A stretch of 64,000 nt of DNA from Eledone cirrhosa (Eukaryota), in contig OZ024741.1 of the NCBI GenBank assembly GCA_964016885.1, positions 9,300,001 to 9,364,000 of the forward strand. The letters run 5' to 3'. Within the stretch, counting starts at the first letter, position 1, and each line of letters starts with the position of its first letter. The notes beneath the pieces were generated by a model. That model worked only from the letters and a program-made list of their open reading frames with translations, was not told the DNA's origin and ran no database searches. Below are positions 59,901 to 64,000 of the stretch, one piece after another. Made by a program: the position numbers and the translations under genes.

Positions 59901-62900
59901 TAAAGATACCACAGTTTTTAAAGTAAAGATACCACAGTGTTGAAACTAAAGGAACCACAGCGTTGAAACTAAAGGTACCACAGTGTTGAAAATAACGGTA
60001 GCACAATGTTGAAACTAAAGGTATCAGAATGTTGTAACTAAAGGTACCACAGTGTTGAAAATAAAGGTACCACAGTGTTGAAACTAAAGGTATCAGAATG
60101 TTGTAACTAAAGGTACCACAGTGTTGTAACTAAAGGTACCACAGTGTTGAAACTAAAGGTATCAGAATGTTGTAACTAAAGTTACCACAATGTTGAAACT
60201 AAAGGTAGCATAGTGATGTAACTAAAGGTACCATAGTGTTGAAGCGAAACGTACCACAGTGTTGAAACTGAAGATACCACAGTGTTGTAACTAATGGTAC
60301 GACAGTGTTGTAACTAAAGGTACCACAGTGTTGAAACTAAAGATACCACAGTGTTGAAACTAAAGGAACCACAGTGTTGAAACTAAAAGTACTACAGTGT
60401 GGAAACTAAAGGAACTACAGTATTGAAACTAAAGGTGCCACAGTGTTGAAACTAAAGATATCAGAGTGTTGAAACTAAAGGTATAACAGTTTTCAAACTA
60501 AAGGTACCACAGTGTTGAAACTAAAGGTACCACAGTGTTGAAACGAAAGGTACCACAGTGTTGAAACTAAAATTATCACAATGTTGAAACAAAAGGTACC
60601 ATAGTGATGTAACTAAAGGTACCATAGTGTTGAAACGAAAGGTACCACAGTGTTGAAAATGAAGGTACCACAGTGTTGAAACTAAAGGAACCACAGTGTT
60701 GAAACTAAAAGTACTACAGTGTGGAAACTAAAGAACTACAGTATTGAAACTAAAGTTGCCACAGTGTTGAAACTAAAGATATCAGAGTGTTGAAACTAAA
60801 GGTATAACAGTTTTGAAACTAAAGGTACCACAGTGTTGAAACTAAAGATACCACAGTGTTGAAACTAAAGGTACCACAGTGATGAAACTAAAATTATCAC
60901 AATGTTGAAACTAAAGGTACCATAGTGATGTAACTAAAGGTACCATAGTTTTGAAACAAAAGCTACCACAGTGTTGAAACCGAATGTACCACAGTGTTGT
61001 AACTAAAGGTACCACAGGGTTGAAACTAAAGGTATCAGAAGTTTGTAACTAAATGTACCACAGTGTTGAAACTAAAGATACCACAATGTTGTAACTAAAT
61101 GTACCACAGTGTTGAAACTAAATGTATCAGAATGTTGAAACAAAAGGTACCACAGTGTTGAAAATAAAGGTACCACAATGTTGTAACTAAATGTACCACA
61201 GTGTTGTAACTAAAGGTACCACAGTGATGAAACTAAATGTACCACAGTGTTGTAACTAAAGGTACCACAGTGTTGAAACTAAAGGTATCATAATGTTGTA
61301 ACTAAAGATACCACAATGTTGAAACTAAAGGTAGCATAGTGATGTAACTAAAGGTACCATAGTGTTGAAACGAAACGTACCACAGTGTTGAAACTGAAGG
61401 TACCACAGTGTTGTAACTAAAGGTACGACAGTGTTGTAACTAAAGGTACCACAGTGTTGAAACTAAAGATACCACAGTGTTGAAACTAAAGGAACCACAG
61501 TGTTGAAACTAAAAGTATCACAGTGTGGAAACTAAAGGAACCACAGTATTGAAACTAAAGGTGTCACAGTGTTGAAACTAAAGATATCAGAGTGTTGAAA
61601 CTAAAGGTATAACAGTTTTGAAACTAAAGGTACCATAGTGTTGAAACGAAAGGTACCACAGTGTTGAAACTGAAGGTACCACAGTGTTATAACTATAGGT
61701 ACCACAGTGTTAAAACTAAAGATACCACAATGTTGTAACTAAATGTACCACAGTTTTGAAACTAAAGGTATCAGAATGTTGAAACTAATGGTACTACAGT
61801 GTTGAAACTAAATGTACCACAGTGTTGTAACTAAAGGTACCACTGTGTTGAAACTAAAGGTATCAGAAGTTTGTAACTAAGGTTACCACAATGTTGTAAC
61901 TAAAGGTAGCACAGTGTTGAAATTTAAGGTACCACATTGTTGAAACTAAATGTGCCACAGTGTTGAAACTAAAGATATCAGAGTGTTGAAACTAAAGGTA
62001 TAACAGTTTTGAAACTAAAGGTACCACAGTGTTGAAACTAAAGGTACCACAGTGTTGAAACTAAAGGTACCACAGTGTTGTAACTAAAGATACCACAATG
62101 TTGTAACTAAATGTACCACAGTGTTGAAACTAAAGGTATCAGAATGTTGAAACTAAAGGTACCACAGTGTGAAAATAAAGGTACCACAATGTTGTAACTA
62201 AAGGTACCACAGTGTTGTAACTAAAGGTACCACAGTGTTGAAACTAAAGGTATCAGAATGTTGTAACTAAAGTTACCACACTGTTGAAACTAAAGGTAGC
62301 ATAGTGATGTAACTAAAGGTACCATAGTGTTGAAACGAAACGTACCACAATGTTGAAACTGAAGATACCACAGTGTTGTAACTAATGGTACGACAGTGTT
62401 GTAACTAAAGGTACCACAGTGTTGAAACTAACGATACCACAGTGTTGAAACTAAAGGAACCACAGTGTTGAAACTAAAAGTACTACAGTGTGGAAACTAA
62501 AGGAACTACAGTATTGAAACTAAAGATGCCAAAGTGTTGAAACTAAAGATATCAGAGTGTTGGAACTAAAGGTATAACAGTTTTGAAACTGAAGGTACCA
62601 CAGTGTTGAAACTAAAGGTACCACATTGTTGAAACTAAAGGTACCACAGTGTTGAAACTAAAATTATCACAATGTTGAAACTAAATGTACCATAGTGATG
62701 TAACTAAAGGTACCATAGTGTTGAAACGAAAGGTACCACAGTGTTGAAACTGACCGTACCACAGTGTTGAAACTAAAGGAACCACAGTGTTGAAACTAAA
62801 AGTACTACAGTGTGGAAAGTAAAGGAACTACAGTATTGAAACTAAAGGTGCCACAGTGTTGAAACTAAAGATATCAGAGTGTTGAAACTAAAGGTATAAC

Positions 62901-64000
62901 AGTTTTGAAACTGAAGGTTCCACAGTGTTGAAACTAAAGATACCACTATGTTGTAACTAAATGTACCACAGTGTTGAAAGTAAAGGTATCAGAATGTTGA
63001 AACTAAAGGTACCACTGTGTTGCAAATAAAGGTATCAGAAGTTTGTAACTAAAGTTACCACACTGTTGAAACTAAAGGTACCACAGTGTTGAAAATAAAG
63101 ATAGCACAGTGTTGAAACTAAAGGTACCACAGTGTTGAAACTAAAGGTATCAGAAGTTTGTAACTAAATGTACCACAGTGTTGAAACTAAAGATACCACA
63201 ATGTTGTAACTAAATGTACCACAGTGTTGAAACTAAATGTATCAGAATGTTGAAACTAAAGGTACCACAGTGTTGAAAATAAAGGTACCACAATGTTGTA
63301 ACTAAATGTACCACAGTGTTGTAAATAAAGGTACTACAGTGTTGAAACTAAATGTACCACAGTGTTGTAACTAAAGGTACCACAGTGTTGAAACTAAAGG
63401 TATCAGAATGTTGTAACTAAAGATACCACAATGTTGAAACTAAAGGTAGCATAGTGATGTAACTAAAGGTACCATAGTGTTGAAACGAAACGTACCACAG
63501 TGTTGAAACTGAAGGTACCACAGTGTTGTAACTAAAGGTACGACAGTGTTGTAACTAAAGGTACCACAGTGTTGAAACTAAAGATACCACAGTGTTGAAA
63601 CTAAAGGTACCACAGTGTTGAAACTAAAAGTACCACAGTGTGGAAACTAAACGAACCACAGTATTGAAACTAAAGGTGCCACAGTGTTGAATCTAAAGAT
63701 ATCAGAGTGTTGAAACTAAAGGTATAACAGTTTTGAAACTAAAGGTACCATAGTGTTGCAACGAAAGGTACCACAGTGTTGAAACTGAAGGTACCACAGT
63801 GTTGTAACTATAGGTACCACAGTGTTGAAACTAAAGATACCACAATGTTGTAACTAAATGTACCACAGTTTTGAAACTAAAGGTATCAGAATGTTGTAAC
63901 CAAAGGTACCACTGTGTTGAAACTAAAGGTATCAGAAGTTTGTAACTAAGGTTACCATAATGTTGTAACTAAGGGTACCACAGTGTTGAAACTAAAGGTA
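47976..64000. repeat. 23-bp satellite array, consensus GGTACCACAGTGTTGAAACTAAA (~700 monomers; runs off the window end)
   Basis: Uninterrupted head-to-tail monomers with point variants, no spacers, and a KpnI site in the consensus. Confidence 0.98.

Noticed and set aside
47976-64000. CRISPR array (repeat contains GTTGAAAC, like some CRISPR repeat ends)
   Set aside because: Monomers are contiguous with no unique spacers, there are no cas genes, and the context is eukaryotic.

Overview
AT-rich, microsatellite-saturated eukaryotic DNA with no supportable protein-coding gene. The repeat landscape looks like an octopus/coleoid cephalopod genome (pattern recognition only, not verified). Bases 1-47975 are (TA)n/(CA)n/(GA)n/(TATC)n tracts interleaved with tRNA-derived SINEs, LINE remnants, minisatellites, a 200-N gap and many short fold-back elements abutting (TA)n. 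From ~47976 to the window end is a 23-bp satellite (GGTACCACAGTGTTGAAACTAAA) with higher-order structure. The main result is a set of type I hammerhead ribozyme (HHR) motifs that can be read directly from the sequence, in at least five unrelated repeat families. (1) A 472-bp x ~3.6 tandem array (11208-12886) has one intact HHR per unit, the architecture of a non-LTR retrozyme. (2) A 550-bp unit with ~50-bp direct terminal repeats contains a fully paired HHR (14373-14453, minus strand). (3) HHR-bearing Penelope-like terminal-repeat fragments with inverted partial copies lie at 7.0, 26.5 and 46.7 kb. Most families share a TTGAGTRC-like box downstream of the ribozyme. Ribozyme folds were derived by eye and their activity is untested. 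Nearly all listed ORFs are microsatellite translations.
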